The notes beneath the pieces are model-generated. The model saw only the letters and a list, made by a program, of their open reading frames with translations. It was not told the origin of the DNA and made no database searches. Source: an uncultured Candidatus Saccharibacteria bacterium (GTDB lineage Bacteria > Patescibacteriota > Minisyncoccia > Phycocordibacterales > CAIRYW01). From it: a DNA stretch of 64,000 nt. Below are positions 21,001-30,970 of the stretch, piece by piece. A program made the translations under genes and the position numbers. Position 1 is the stretch's first letter. The number at the start of each line of letters is the position of its first letter. The stretch spans positions 177-64,176 of the forward strand of contig CAYLQP010000005.1 in the NCBI GenBank assembly GCA_964386665.1. The letters are read 5' to 3'.

Positions 21001-22269
21001 TTAAAAATTAAGTAATTTCAAAAACTGAGCTTCTTTTTCAAATGAACCAACAAGCGCAAGGTTCGCAGTCTCTGAAACAAAAATCTTTTGAGCTATCTTT
21101 TGGATATCTTTTGCTGTAATAGCACGAATGAGTTTTTCTTTTTCTTGTGGTGTCTTGATTTTTTGACCCATCAAATCCTGAAACGCATAAAAATCTGCGT
21201 ATGCATCTGATGTTTCAAGTCCAAGATACATATTTCCCACCAACACCTCCTTAGCTTTTTCGAGCTCTTCTTTAGACACAAGGTGTGTTTTGAGTTTTTT
21301 TACTTCTTCGATAATAGCTTTGAGCCCTTCTTCAACTCGCCCTTTTGATAGGCCACTTGCAATTGCAAAGTATCCCCTATCCAAATACGTTGAATTCGAA
21401 GCACGCACATAGTAACAAATCCCCATTTCATCTCGAAGTTTTTTAAACAACCGCGAACTCATTCCGTGTCCAAGTACCGATTCAAGAACTTTTATTTTCA
21501 TATTGTCTTTGTGACTGATTGGAAACGTTCGAAACCCGAGTACAACGTGAGCTTGGTCAGTTGGTTTTTGAAATATTTTGACTTGTGGTTTTTGTTGAGC
21601 TTCTTTTGTTTTTACCTTTGTATGTTTTTTTTCTTTTGAAATATCTTTGAACTTGTCGGTAATGAGTTTGAGCGTCTTCTTTTCATCAAAGGCACCAGAC
21701 ACAACAACAACAGTTCCCTTTGCAACATAATGCTTCTTTTGATAATCACGAATATCCTTTGCAGTAATAGATCGAACAACTTTTTCGTTCCCGATGATAG
21801 GCCAACCTGCCGGTTGATCTCCGTAGAGAAGCGCTTCAAATACTTCTCCTACTTTTGCTTGTGGCATATCTTCATACATTTTCATTTCTTCAATCACTAC
21901 CCCCTTCTCTCGTTCCATTGCATCAGTATCAAGTGTTGGATGTTGATAAATATCAGAAACGATATCAACAAGTGTATCAATATGTTTTTTGTGAGCCTTG
22001 GCAAAGTACCCTGTGTACTCTTCTCCAGTGAATGCATTTGAAGTTGCACCAATACTATCAAGTTCGCGTGATACATCCCCTGTATGAGGACGACTCGTTG
22101 TTCCCTGAAAACACATATGCTCAAGGAAATGTGATAGACCGTTTATTTCTTTTGTTTCATAATCACTTCCAGCCGATACAAGCACCATCACTGTTACCGC
22201 CTCGCTTGATTTAACTGGTACAGTAATAATTCGAAGTCCGTTTGAAAGAGTGGTTTTTTTGTAATTCAT
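21001..22269 (-). CDS. M16 family zinc peptidase
   Basis: HFLEH inverzincin motif, NAFT, EKGVVIEE, SSRLF..LR. Confidence 0.93.
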   Translation of the reverse strand: MNYKKTTLSNGLRIITVPVKSSEAVTVMVLVSAGSDYETKEINGLSHFLEHMCFQGTTSRPHTGDVSRELDSIGATSNAFTGEEYTGYFAKAHKKHIDTLVDIVSDIYQHPTLDTDAMEREKGVVIEEMKMYEDMPQAKVGEVFEALLYGDQPAGWPIIGNEKVVRSITAKDIRDYQKKHYVAKGTVVVVSGAFDEKKTLKLITDKFKDISKEKKHTKVKTKEAQQKPQVKIFQKPTDQAHVVLGFRTFPISHKDNMKIKVLESVLGHGMSSRLFKKLRDEMGICYYVRASNSTYLDRGYFAIASGLSKGRVEEGLKAIIEEVKKLKTHLVSKEELEKAKEVLVGNMYLGLETSDAYADFYAFQDLMGQKIKTPQEKEKLIRAITAKDIQKIAQKIFVSETANLALVGSFEKEAQFLKLLNF

Positions 22270-22362
22270 AAATATCAAAAAAAGAATAAAGAGTAATGAC
22301 GCTGATTATATCAGAAATAAGAGATAAAAAAAGCCGTTTGCGCAAGCGCAAACGGCAGACAG

Positions 22363-22728
22363 TCAACCACGGTTGGCGAGATGAACCGCACCAATAATAC
22401 TCCCTCCCACAACGAATTCAATAATTCTCCAGTGATCCCGACCGTTCACAAACACAGTGAACCCTTGTCGTTTCGACAACCTAGAAATTTTTGGTAAAAG
22501 AGTCTTCCAATCTGTAGTGACTCTCAAAGGAATGTGACAATTAGATCCTGTAGGATTTTTTGCAATTTTCCAAGTACCCACCCTATTAAGGGTCCATAAA
22601 TGAGTTTCAGATCCAGGTTGATTTTTAGTCTTGCCTCCAAATAATGAGCGGAGTATCTTGACAAACGCACCCGGGTTTGTAGATTGTACTATCCCGAGAT
22701 AGATATCCTGAAGTACTGTGATTTTCAT
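22363..22728 (-). CDS. Hypothetical protein, paralogue of 22843-23232
   Basis: ATG start, own terminator; shared F.K.L...FGG, LWT, IG.VHL motifs. Confidence 0.65.
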   Translation of the reverse strand: MKITVLQDIYLGIVQSTNPGAFVKILRSLFGGKTKNQPGSETHLWTLNRVGTWKIAKNPTGSNCHIPLRVTTDWKTLLPKISRLSKRQGFTVFVNGRDHWRIIEFVVGGSIIGAVHLANRG

Positions 22729-22842
22729 GTTGTAAATAGCATTAGTGCCACACCGAAGTCTATCTCAAAATACAAAAAACACAACTCTGACAGCTTAATA
22801 CTTCTTATGTTGCCAATAAAAAAGCCTTGCTAACACGCAAGA

Positions 22843-23232
22843 CTAAGTTTCACAAAAATCTGAGCCGACCAAATGGACAGTGCCAATATGTCGATTAGAC
22901 CCTATCTTAAAAAACTCAACTAGCACCTGCCCTCTTTGTTCCTTCTCCGATGGACCAAAAGGATGAGATTCAAATCTGATCCAAGTACCAATGAGTTTTT
23001 CTTTCAACGAAGCGAGCAACTGCTCCACTGGTTCATCAATCCATCTGGAGATTGCCTCTCCAGTGAAGGCGTCGTATTGAATCAGATAAGTTTCGTTACC
23101 AATGGTCCAGAGACGGTGATCGTGCTCGATTTCAGTCACTTCACCTCCAAACATAATCTGGAGCACCTTTGCAAATTCAGGTGCAGAAAAATGGGAAGAG
23201 ACCATCGCTGTGTGGAAAGGACGTGAGTTCAT
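22843..23232 (-). CDS. Hypothetical protein, paralogue of 22363-22728
   Basis: Same shared motifs as the neighbouring gene. Confidence 0.65.
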   Translation of the reverse strand: MNSRPFHTAMVSSHFSAPEFAKVLQIMFGGEVTEIEHDHRLWTIGNETYLIQYDAFTGEAISRWIDEPVEQLLASLKEKLIGTWIRFESHPFGPSEKEQRGQVLVEFFKIGSNRHIGTVHLVGSDFCET

Positions 23233-23311
23233 TAGCTATTAAATTAACATTACATAATCAAAAACACAAACCCCCGCAAGCTTCGCTTGCGGGGGGGGGT
23301 TGTAGAAACAA

Positions 23312-26284
23312 CTAATTAAACAATGCCATCACCGCATCCCAAATATTCGCAAAAAATCCTTGTTGTTTTTTGACCATTGGATTTGATGCTGCAATACTTA
23401 ATCCAATTGAATTACTTTGTCCAAGCGGTCCGTTGAGGCTCATACGATAGTCTCCCTCCAACAAACCATAGTCAATTGGCCTGAAACTAAAATAATTACT
23501 ACTATAAGCAAGTTGTGTCACTGGTATAGTTTTTTGTACATTAGTATTAGTTTGTGAAATAGTTACTATATCTGCTCCATTAATTCGCTCTCCATTTACT
23601 ACAACAGTCTCTTCAAATGCAAAAGGCTCTTTACGTGATTCAAAGAGATAAGGAGATTTTTCACCAACAATCACAACCTCATTACTTACTAAAGGATTTT
23701 GCACAGTCTCTCTTATATCCCTCTGTGTTTCATCAAATCCATACAACGCTTGTAAGTACATATTGTAACGACCGCTAAATAACGCTCTTGTTGGTTGACT
23801 TGCTTTCAATTTCAAATGACCAGTTTGCCCATCTTTCAAACGATATGTATTCCCATTCACTTCAAATCCCTCAGAACTCTCAATCGTTGTGGCAACATAT
23901 CTGATGGTTTCTCCGTATTTCTCTCGATTATCTTTTCGTTCATACAGCGCTTGTCCTGCAAACTTATCAAACAAAACATCACCACCAAGTGCTGATACCA
24001 AGACCTCAAACCTTCCATCAAGAGACACTTCTTGCTTTGATTGGTCAAAAAGAACACTAGCAACAGCAGGTGTTTTTTCTTTTATACTGAACGATATCTT
24101 TTTTGAAGATGTAATATAAAACAGTGGACTATCTCCATACACATTTTTGTCACAAACACTTGAGACTCGAACAAAATATTGTCCATCAGATAAGTGACTA
24201 AGAGGAGTCCAATTGAATCCGTTAATTGCTTGCTCTGCACTTACCTCTTCTTCAATAGTAGACACAAAAGTGTTGTTTGCATCAAACAACTGCACATCAA
24301 ACTGTCCAATATTTGCTGACCCCCATTTCAAAGTAAAGCTTTTGTCACTGTTTGGACTTACAAGAATTCTTTTAAGACTTGGATTGGCAACACACTCAAA
24401 TAAAGAGGAATCTACTATCACTTCTTTTGATTTTAGAACTGGTAAATTCAAGAAGTTATATTCTGCACTCGAACGAAACGTACTCAATGACATTGAGTAA
24501 GCTAGATTTCTCAAAGAATCTCGTTGATCATACCCACGAAGAGTAAAAAACACAGAACCTGTTTGACCCTTTTTTATCAAATAAAAGGCACCCTCATCAG
24601 TAACATCACCTTTTATTCGATCAATACTACCTGGAATATCACTTATAAAAGTATTTTCTATATTTGTATCTGTTTTTCGCACAAACACAGAACCTCTAAA
24701 AGCACCTTGTTTAGGAATCTTCAAGTCTTGTTCAGGTGCTTCAAACTGAACTTGCAGTGGAGTTGCAAGTGAAATATCGTACCTTTCTGAACCTTGATTA
24801 TTAGTAACTTGATATCTGGTTTGTTCTGGAATGACTGTGACTTTTACTTTTGGAGCAGGTAATACATCTTGTTTGCAAAGATTTTGATCAAAATCATTTC
24901 TCATATTTTGATATCCAGCTTCAGTAAAAATAGGACTAAACCGAACGGGTACAAATGGTTGACCAAGACTGTCTGCAAATTCTTTGGTGTTGAAGTATTG
25001 ACCATACTCATAAAAAGAAAGTCTCATATACTTCTTGACAATCAATCTACTTCGATCAGAAACAGGGTTTGGGTATTGATCAATTGCAAAAAGTATCTTG
25101 TATAAGTTTTCATTTTTAGTAAACATTTCACGAGCCACTTTATAATACGCTTTTTGAAATTCAGCTTTTTTTGTTGCATCAAGTCTATCGATCGCATTTA
25201 CCAAAGGATAATATGGCAGAGGGGCTCTGCACTCCGTAAAAGAAAAATCAAAACCATACAATATACTCTTCCATTTATCTGATCCGGTAATCTGTCCGTA
25301 GTCTTCATTATGTAGTACCGAGCGATCTGTATCATTCACCAATGCTGTTACAAGAAAGTGTCGTATAGAATCCTCAGGATTAAAAGTAAGTGTTTTTGAT
25401 TCGTTTTTTGTATTAATAATCGCTACATTATCAAGTCTATTTGAACCTTTATTCCAATCTCCTTGCCACCCAGTATTATCACCATCCTGGATTAATCCGT
25501 CTTCAAGACCAAATTGTCGTACAAAAGGTTGCGCATCATCCAGCTCGTTGTCTCGTTGCATAAACATATAAGAATACTCTTTGTTAAGGTAAGCTTGGTC
25601 AGTATTGAGCATTTTGAGTTTAGCGAACGCAACCGGTTCAACAGAAGGTACACCAAGAAGTCTCATTGTTCGGTATACAACATACTCTCGAAACTGTGGT
25701 GTAAGCGCTCCCTTTAGACCAAAGAAAGGAGAATGACTGAGCGCATCATTAAATGCATCACAGTTTTCAACCACTCTTACCTTTTGGTATAAAGAAGACG
25801 TCTGTGAACCAAAGGTTGATATACCTGGGAAAAGTGGTTTTGGATTACCTTTTGAATCAAACTTATCGAACGACATATTAAACATTGGCGGTTTACATCC
25901 ATTTCGGGCGTGTCCCTTCTTTTCTATATCAACTTTCCAATCATCAAGTTTTTGTCCTGCTGGAGTATATTCAGTAAGTTTTGAATCAGTGTCCCCTGTT
26001 GAATTATCAATAGAAAACCCCTTCATATCGAGGGTAAATATTCGCTGTGGTAGTTTAGCGATCGCATAATTATTTACAGAAGCAGATTTGTTAGTAAGTA
26101 TCCAATAGTCATACGCATCAATCACTCCATCTTTATCAACATCATACGGCCTAAATGGCCCCGCTGTTTTTGCAAAGACAGAACTCGTGAGGACAAAAGC
26201 AAAGATAATGATAAGAGAAACAATGATTTTATTTTCAGTTTTGAGCACGTGAATAAAATCTTTATATATTTTTTTGGTATTCAT
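23312..26284 (-). CDS. Large exported protein with CotH-like kinase region and Ig-like C-terminal domains
   Basis: Signal/TM, DVDKDGVIDAYD Ca-binding loop, KGHAR..C..P, REYVVYR, DTDR..LHN, YGFDFS. Confidence 0.55.
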   Translation of the reverse strand: MNTKKIYKDFIHVLKTENKIIVSLIIIFAFVLTSSVFAKTAGPFRPYDVDKDGVIDAYDYWILTNKSASVNNYAIAKLPQRIFTLDMKGFSIDNSTGDTDSKLTEYTPAGQKLDDWKVDIEKKGHARNGCKPPMFNMSFDKFDSKGNPKPLFPGISTFGSQTSSLYQKVRVVENCDAFNDALSHSPFFGLKGALTPQFREYVVYRTMRLLGVPSVEPVAFAKLKMLNTDQAYLNKEYSYMFMQRDNELDDAQPFVRQFGLEDGLIQDGDNTGWQGDWNKGSNRLDNVAIINTKNESKTLTFNPEDSIRHFLVTALVNDTDRSVLHNEDYGQITGSDKWKSILYGFDFSFTECRAPLPYYPLVNAIDRLDATKKAEFQKAYYKVAREMFTKNENLYKILFAIDQYPNPVSDRSRLIVKKYMRLSFYEYGQYFNTKEFADSLGQPFVPVRFSPIFTEAGYQNMRNDFDQNLCKQDVLPAPKVKVTVIPEQTRYQVTNNQGSERYDISLATPLQVQFEAPEQDLKIPKQGAFRGSVFVRKTDTNIENTFISDIPGSIDRIKGDVTDEGAFYLIKKGQTGSVFFTLRGYDQRDSLRNLAYSMSLSTFRSSAEYNFLNLPVLKSKEVIVDSSLFECVANPSLKRILVSPNSDKSFTLKWGSANIGQFDVQLFDANNTFVSTIEEEVSAEQAINGFNWTPLSHLSDGQYFVRVSSVCDKNVYGDSPLFYITSSKKISFSIKEKTPAVASVLFDQSKQEVSLDGRFEVLVSALGGDVLFDKFAGQALYERKDNREKYGETIRYVATTIESSEGFEVNGNTYRLKDGQTGHLKLKASQPTRALFSGRYNMYLQALYGFDETQRDIRETVQNPLVSNEVVIVGEKSPYLFESRKEPFAFEETVVVNGERINGADIVTISQTNTNVQKTIPVTQLAYSSNYFSFRPIDYGLLEGDYRMSLNGPLGQSNSIGLSIAASNPMVKKQQGFFANIWDAVMALFN

Positions 26285-26453
26285 TAAAATAATTGTATAC
26301 CTAAATATAGAAATACAAAACCCCCGCAAGCGAAGCTTGCGGGGGTTTGCTTCCTCAAAGAAAACAATTTTAAAATTACGTTCTTAGTTGGAGGGAGCTT
26401 GTGACGCTGCTCCCATTCGCGCCGAAGTGTTGAGTACACTTCGGAGAAACTCG

Positions 26454-26969
26454 TTAGACCTTCTGTTTCGGATCACCATGTATCTGTGGAGTCAGGATGA
26501 TTTTAACCTTATCCTCAAATGGTGGAGGTGGTACATTTGCAGGAGGAAGCGTAAATCTCCCCCGCTTATTAAGTGTCAAACCAACAAGCTCTGGAAAATG
26601 CCTCAGGTATTCCTCCATAGAGATGCTGGCAGTAGGTTTGTACTTCCCCCAAGTGATACAAAGCAGCATAATGTGTGTTGCCACACAAAACAGAGCTAAG
26701 ACCCCTAACGGACCAAGTCTCCAAAGATTCATGAATTCAGTAGCCTCTCGAGAAAATGAGTGGCCCCAAACTTTTGAATCCCCCTCACTGGATACCTCAA
26801 AGAGGATTCCAAATGAGACAGAGAAAATCAGCACGGAGAGTGAGGCGATTATTCCAATCATTGAAACAGTCATCGCACACCGGCGAAGATTGTTTGAAAG
26901 GCAGGCCGAGCCAAACAGAACAGTGAGCACGAGGCTCACCCCGACATAACCAAGCTGAACAGTGTTCAT
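26454..26969 (-). CDS. Hypothetical membrane protein (3 TM)
   Basis: ATG start, hydrophobic helices, boxA-like element upstream. Confidence 0.55.
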   Translation of the reverse strand: MNTVQLGYVGVSLVLTVLFGSACLSNNLRRCAMTVSMIGIIASLSVLIFSVSFGILFEVSSEGDSKVWGHSFSREATEFMNLWRLGPLGVLALFCVATHIMLLCITWGKYKPTASISMEEYLRHFPELVGLTLNKRGRFTLPPANVPPPPFEDKVKIILTPQIHGDPKQKV

Positions 26970-27056
26970 AGATGTTGTAATTTCAGGTTGAAAACACTCC
27001 AGAGAGACCGGCAGGTTTGCCAGCTGTCAAAGAGCATTTGTTCCTATTTTATCACA

Positions 27057-28415
27057 TTAAAGGCTATTTGTCAACTCATCAATTGACACTCTTTTTTGCT
27101 CTCCTGTGTCTCTGTCTCGCACAGTTACTGTATTGTTTTCTAAGGTGTCAAAGTCGATAGTGACACAGTGTGGTGTTCCTACTTCGTCTTGTCTTCGATA
27201 TCGCTTCCCTATGGTTCCTGATTCGTCATAAAGCACATTGCCAAACTGCTTTTTAAGCATACTGAACACTTCTCGAGACTTCTTCACGAGTTCTTCTCGG
27301 TTCTTGAGAAGTGGCAAAACAGCAACACGAATCGGAGCGACGTTTTTGTGGAACTTGAGATATACTCTCTCTTCTCCACCCATCTCGTCTTCGGTATAGG
27401 CATCAGAAAGGATTGCAAGGAGTGTGCGTCCTACTCCAAATGAAGGTTCAATTACGTGTGGAATGAACCTCTCTTTTGCCTCTTCATCAAAGTATGAAAG
27501 ATCTGTTTTTGATGCTTCGCTATGAGCCTTGAGATCAAAATCAGTTCGATATGCAAGTCCGTAAAGCTCTTTTTTACCAAACGGAAAATCAAATTCGAAA
27601 TCAATCGTCCGCTTCGAGTAGTGTGCTCGATCTGCGTCCCCTACTTCAAGCTCGTGGATATGTTCTTCTCTCAGTCCTATGTCTTTTGTAAATTCCCACA
27701 CTTCTTTTCTAAAATTTTCAAACGTCTCTTCCCAGTCTTTTGGATTTATGAAGTATTCTATTTCCATTTGTTCAAGCTCTCTAACTCGGAAGATAAAGTC
27801 TCGTGGAGCGATTTCGTTTCGAAATGCTTTTCCTATTTGTGCCATTCCAAACGGAAGTTTGGGATGGATAGAATCCATTACGTTTTTGAAGTTTACAAAC
27901 ATCCCCCCTGCGGTTTCTGGTCGTAGATACGAAACAGAAGAATCATCAGCGATAGCACCAATATGTGTTTGAAGCATCATATTGAATTGCCGAACATCAC
28001 CAAGAGGATTACCTTCGGGGCTTTTGATACCGTTTTCTTTTATGGCTTGATCCATTGCATCAAGACTCATTCCTTTGGGATCAATGTGTGCTTCTTCAAG
28101 GAGATGATCCGCACGATATCGTTTTTTTGTTTTGAGATCTTCAACTAATGGATCAGAAAATCCTGCAACGTGCCCACTCGCCTTCCATACGTTTTGGTTC
28201 ATAAGGATAGCAGCATCTATTCCATACATATCTTCTCGATCAGTCACAAATCGCTTCCACCACACATTTTCTATATTTTTTTTCAAGGCAACTCCAAGTG
28301 GTCCGTAGTCCCATGTTCCTGCAAGTCCTCCGTAGATTTCTGAACCTTGAAAGATAAACCCTCGTCTTTTGCAAAGGCTTATTATCTTTTCCATTTTGTT
28401 TTCTTTGTTTTCCAT
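27057..28415 (-). CDS. glyQS: Glycine--tRNA ligase, homodimeric type
   Basis: EIYGG..WDYGPLG, YLRPETA, FRNEIAPR, PHVIEPSFG. Confidence 0.97.
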   Translation of the reverse strand: MENKENKMEKIISLCKRRGFIFQGSEIYGGLAGTWDYGPLGVALKKNIENVWWKRFVTDREDMYGIDAAILMNQNVWKASGHVAGFSDPLVEDLKTKKRYRADHLLEEAHIDPKGMSLDAMDQAIKENGIKSPEGNPLGDVRQFNMMLQTHIGAIADDSSVSYLRPETAGGMFVNFKNVMDSIHPKLPFGMAQIGKAFRNEIAPRDFIFRVRELEQMEIEYFINPKDWEETFENFRKEVWEFTKDIGLREEHIHELEVGDADRAHYSKRTIDFEFDFPFGKKELYGLAYRTDFDLKAHSEASKTDLSYFDEEAKERFIPHVIEPSFGVGRTLLAILSDAYTEDEMGGEERVYLKFHKNVAPIRVAVLPLLKNREELVKKSREVFSMLKKQFGNVLYDESGTIGKRYRRQDEVGTPHCVTIDFDTLENNTVTVRDRDTGEQKRVSIDELTNSL

Positions 28416-28425
28416 AATGTATGTT

Positions 28426-30330
28426 TTATTTTGAGACCTTGTCTTTTCCAAATTCGAAGTTGGCTTCAGTTGGCACAGAAATAGTTGCTGGAATATTGAT
28501 CAATTTCAAGTCTGTCCCTGCAAATGTATCACGAGCTGAAAAAGTTGCAAGGTTGACGATGTCAGGTGCTTGTCCCACTTGTCCGAGACTTGGTGTAACA
28601 CCAAGCTTAAATGTCACCTTACGAAACGACCCTGCGGTTCCTCCCCCTGGGAGCACTTTGCCTATATCCCATATAATCTTTCGGGAATCTGGACTGTAAA
28701 TAATCTTTTCTGATGTCGGAGTTGTTTGCCCAAGCCAGTTCACATACGCAGGAAGTGTTGCTTCAATCTTGCTTTCTTCAAGAATGTTAAGTGAATTAGT
28801 CAACGTCCATGTGACTGCAAACTCAGTTGTGGTTTCAACCTTTGGTGGATAGGGACCGCTGTTTTTAAATGGACCTTCGAAATGGTTCACAATAGTGTTG
28901 AACCGTGCATCGCTTTGGATCTGAACTTTTTTGGTGATGGTTGATTTGATTATTTCTGGAACATTATCTTCTGAAAGTCGCTTCCCCGAAACGGTAATAT
29001 CAACTAACACTTCTTGGTTCTTAAGACCTGTTGCGTTCTTGGAGAAAGCGCTTAAAAGCGAATAGTTGAAGAAGACACTGTTTGATTTGCCTGATGCGAT
29101 AGAAGTAAGTTTTGGTGACTCAACATTTGTCCACACAAGCGTATCTGTACTTGCTCGATAGAATCCGCCGTCCGCGGCAACTGATTCTTTCATTATCATA
29201 TCGCCTTTGAGTTTTGCAACGATTTCAACATCGGTAACAGGGACCGCTAAGTTGTTTTGAAATGTGATTACATTGTCTACTGATTTTCCTGATTTGATTG
29301 ATTGTTCTCCTCTATCGACTGCAAGCCCAATACTGATAAAAGGTTTTTTGAGCATAATTGACTCTGCAAGATTTACAAATGGTTTGTCGATGACTGTTTC
29401 GTTTTTGGTGTCTTTGCCTCCGATTGTAAACCTAAATGTTTTTTCTTCATCTTCTGATCCTGTCAACATCCCTACTATTTTTATTTTTCGCTCCCCTTTG
29501 GGTTCAATATCTCCAAGGTTCCAAACTGACGTGTTAGTAAGTGCAACAGGAGTTGCAGACTTGAGCTCAAATCCAGCTGGGAATTGAGCTTGTAGCAACA
29601 AATCTTTTACTACTTCATTTGAGTTAGATGTGACAGTGACGTTTAAAACCAAGTCTTGATCTGCGTTTATTTCTTTGAGCATATCAACCTTTAAAGCAAC
29701 TGGCGAAGAACCAATGACAACATTATAAAGACCATCGTATGTGAATACCCCTCCTGAATTTTCGAGTCGGTATTCGAGCATATACTTTATTTCTGGACGA
29801 CTTCCCTCCTCATCAAAGACAAGTGCGTTGGTTTCCTTACGTACTGTTTGATGTGGTGCAATCGTACCAACCGGTATTCGTTCTCGTAGCAGATCAGATG
29901 TTTTATCGATTGGGTTTTTGGTACCTTTTGGATATTCAAGAAGCAAATCAGCAAGGATAAGTGGCGTATCGTTGTTGTTAGTGATTGTAATATCAAGTGG
30001 GAGAGGTTCTCCCGCGGCAACTGATACAGGACCAGTAATTGCAACCGCAATATTACTTGAAGAAATTACGTTGTCCCCCTTGAAATAAATAAAAGAAGCA
30101 AACAAGACTGAACCAACAAAGAAAACTGCCGAAACCATTAAAACAATCATAGAAAACCTTTTTGGGTTGGAAGTGTTTTGAGTCACTACCTCTGGTTCTT
30201 CCTCCCACTTTTCTTTCACTCCTGTTGCGTGTTTGTGTAGATCAAGAATCATCGTGTCTGGTAACTTGGCGTTTGGAGAGTAAAGTACTTGTTTCAAATC
30301 TTCTATTTTATTTTCTTCTTCTGTATTCAT
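28426..30330 (-). CDS. Single-TM protein with tandem Ig-like (DUF11-like) domains
   Basis: N-terminal TM, repeated ITITNNN/WNLGDI-type beta domains, GPYPPKV. Confidence 0.7.
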   Translation of the reverse strand: MNTEEENKIEDLKQVLYSPNAKLPDTMILDLHKHATGVKEKWEEEPEVVTQNTSNPKRFSMIVLMVSAVFFVGSVLFASFIYFKGDNVISSSNIAVAITGPVSVAAGEPLPLDITITNNNDTPLILADLLLEYPKGTKNPIDKTSDLLRERIPVGTIAPHQTVRKETNALVFDEEGSRPEIKYMLEYRLENSGGVFTYDGLYNVVIGSSPVALKVDMLKEINADQDLVLNVTVTSNSNEVVKDLLLQAQFPAGFELKSATPVALTNTSVWNLGDIEPKGERKIKIVGMLTGSEDEEKTFRFTIGGKDTKNETVIDKPFVNLAESIMLKKPFISIGLAVDRGEQSIKSGKSVDNVITFQNNLAVPVTDVEIVAKLKGDMIMKESVAADGGFYRASTDTLVWTNVESPKLTSIASGKSNSVFFNYSLLSAFSKNATGLKNQEVLVDITVSGKRLSEDNVPEIIKSTITKKVQIQSDARFNTIVNHFEGPFKNSGPYPPKVETTTEFAVTWTLTNSLNILEESKIEATLPAYVNWLGQTTPTSEKIIYSPDSRKIIWDIGKVLPGGGTAGSFRKVTFKLGVTPSLGQVGQAPDIVNLATFSARDTFAGTDLKLINIPATISVPTEANFEFGKDKVSK

Positions 30331-30369
30331 ACGATACCTATTATACCAAAAGTTTTAAAAAACAGTGCA

Positions 30370-30942
30370 CTACAACTGACTTTCAGCAAGAGCAAGGTTG
30401 ATGAGTTTTATTAAATGTGGCTTATGTTCAAGCGCTTTGAGTACATCAGCATCAGTGATACTTCCAACAAGCGAGATGTTTTGATCGAACGTCTCCCCAT
30501 ATCCAAGAGCTGCCAAAATCCTCATAGCCCCAATGCATTCGATACATTCGAGAGTTTCTTTGGTGTATATCCGCCGATGTAAAAATACGTGAATTGCCTT
30601 TAGGGTTTCAAAAAGGGTTTCGTTTTTTTCTTCACCTCGGACAAGTTTTTGGATTAACAAAAGTGAGCGCAAGAAACTGGAACGGTTTTCTTTTGTTAGT
30701 TTCATTACTTCACTTGCAACTATATCAGTACCACGATAGATTGATCGTCCTTTTACTACCGTAATAAAACACTTATTTCCTACTTCCAAAAACCCCTTAA
30801 ACTTGGATCCACTATTACGAACCCCAGTAAATAAAACAGAAATAAGTCCGAAATCCTGTGTAAAAAAAGAAACTATCCTGTCGGCCTCTTTTGAATTTCG
30901 AATTGTTACGATAAATGCCTCTGTTGTATATTTTTCGTGCAT
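30370..30942 (-). CDS. recO: DNA repair protein RecO (short)
   Basis: EADRIVSFFTQDFG...GVR..SK OB-fold N-terminus. Confidence 0.8.
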   Translation of the reverse strand: MHEKYTTEAFIVTIRNSKEADRIVSFFTQDFGLISVLFTGVRNSGSKFKGFLEVGNKCFITVVKGRSIYRGTDIVASEVMKLTKENRSSFLRSLLLIQKLVRGEEKNETLFETLKAIHVFLHRRIYTKETLECIECIGAMRILAALGYGETFDQNISLVGSITDADVLKALEHKPHLIKLINLALAESQL

Positions 30943-30970
30943 AAATCAAAACCATTAAACAAATGGTGAA

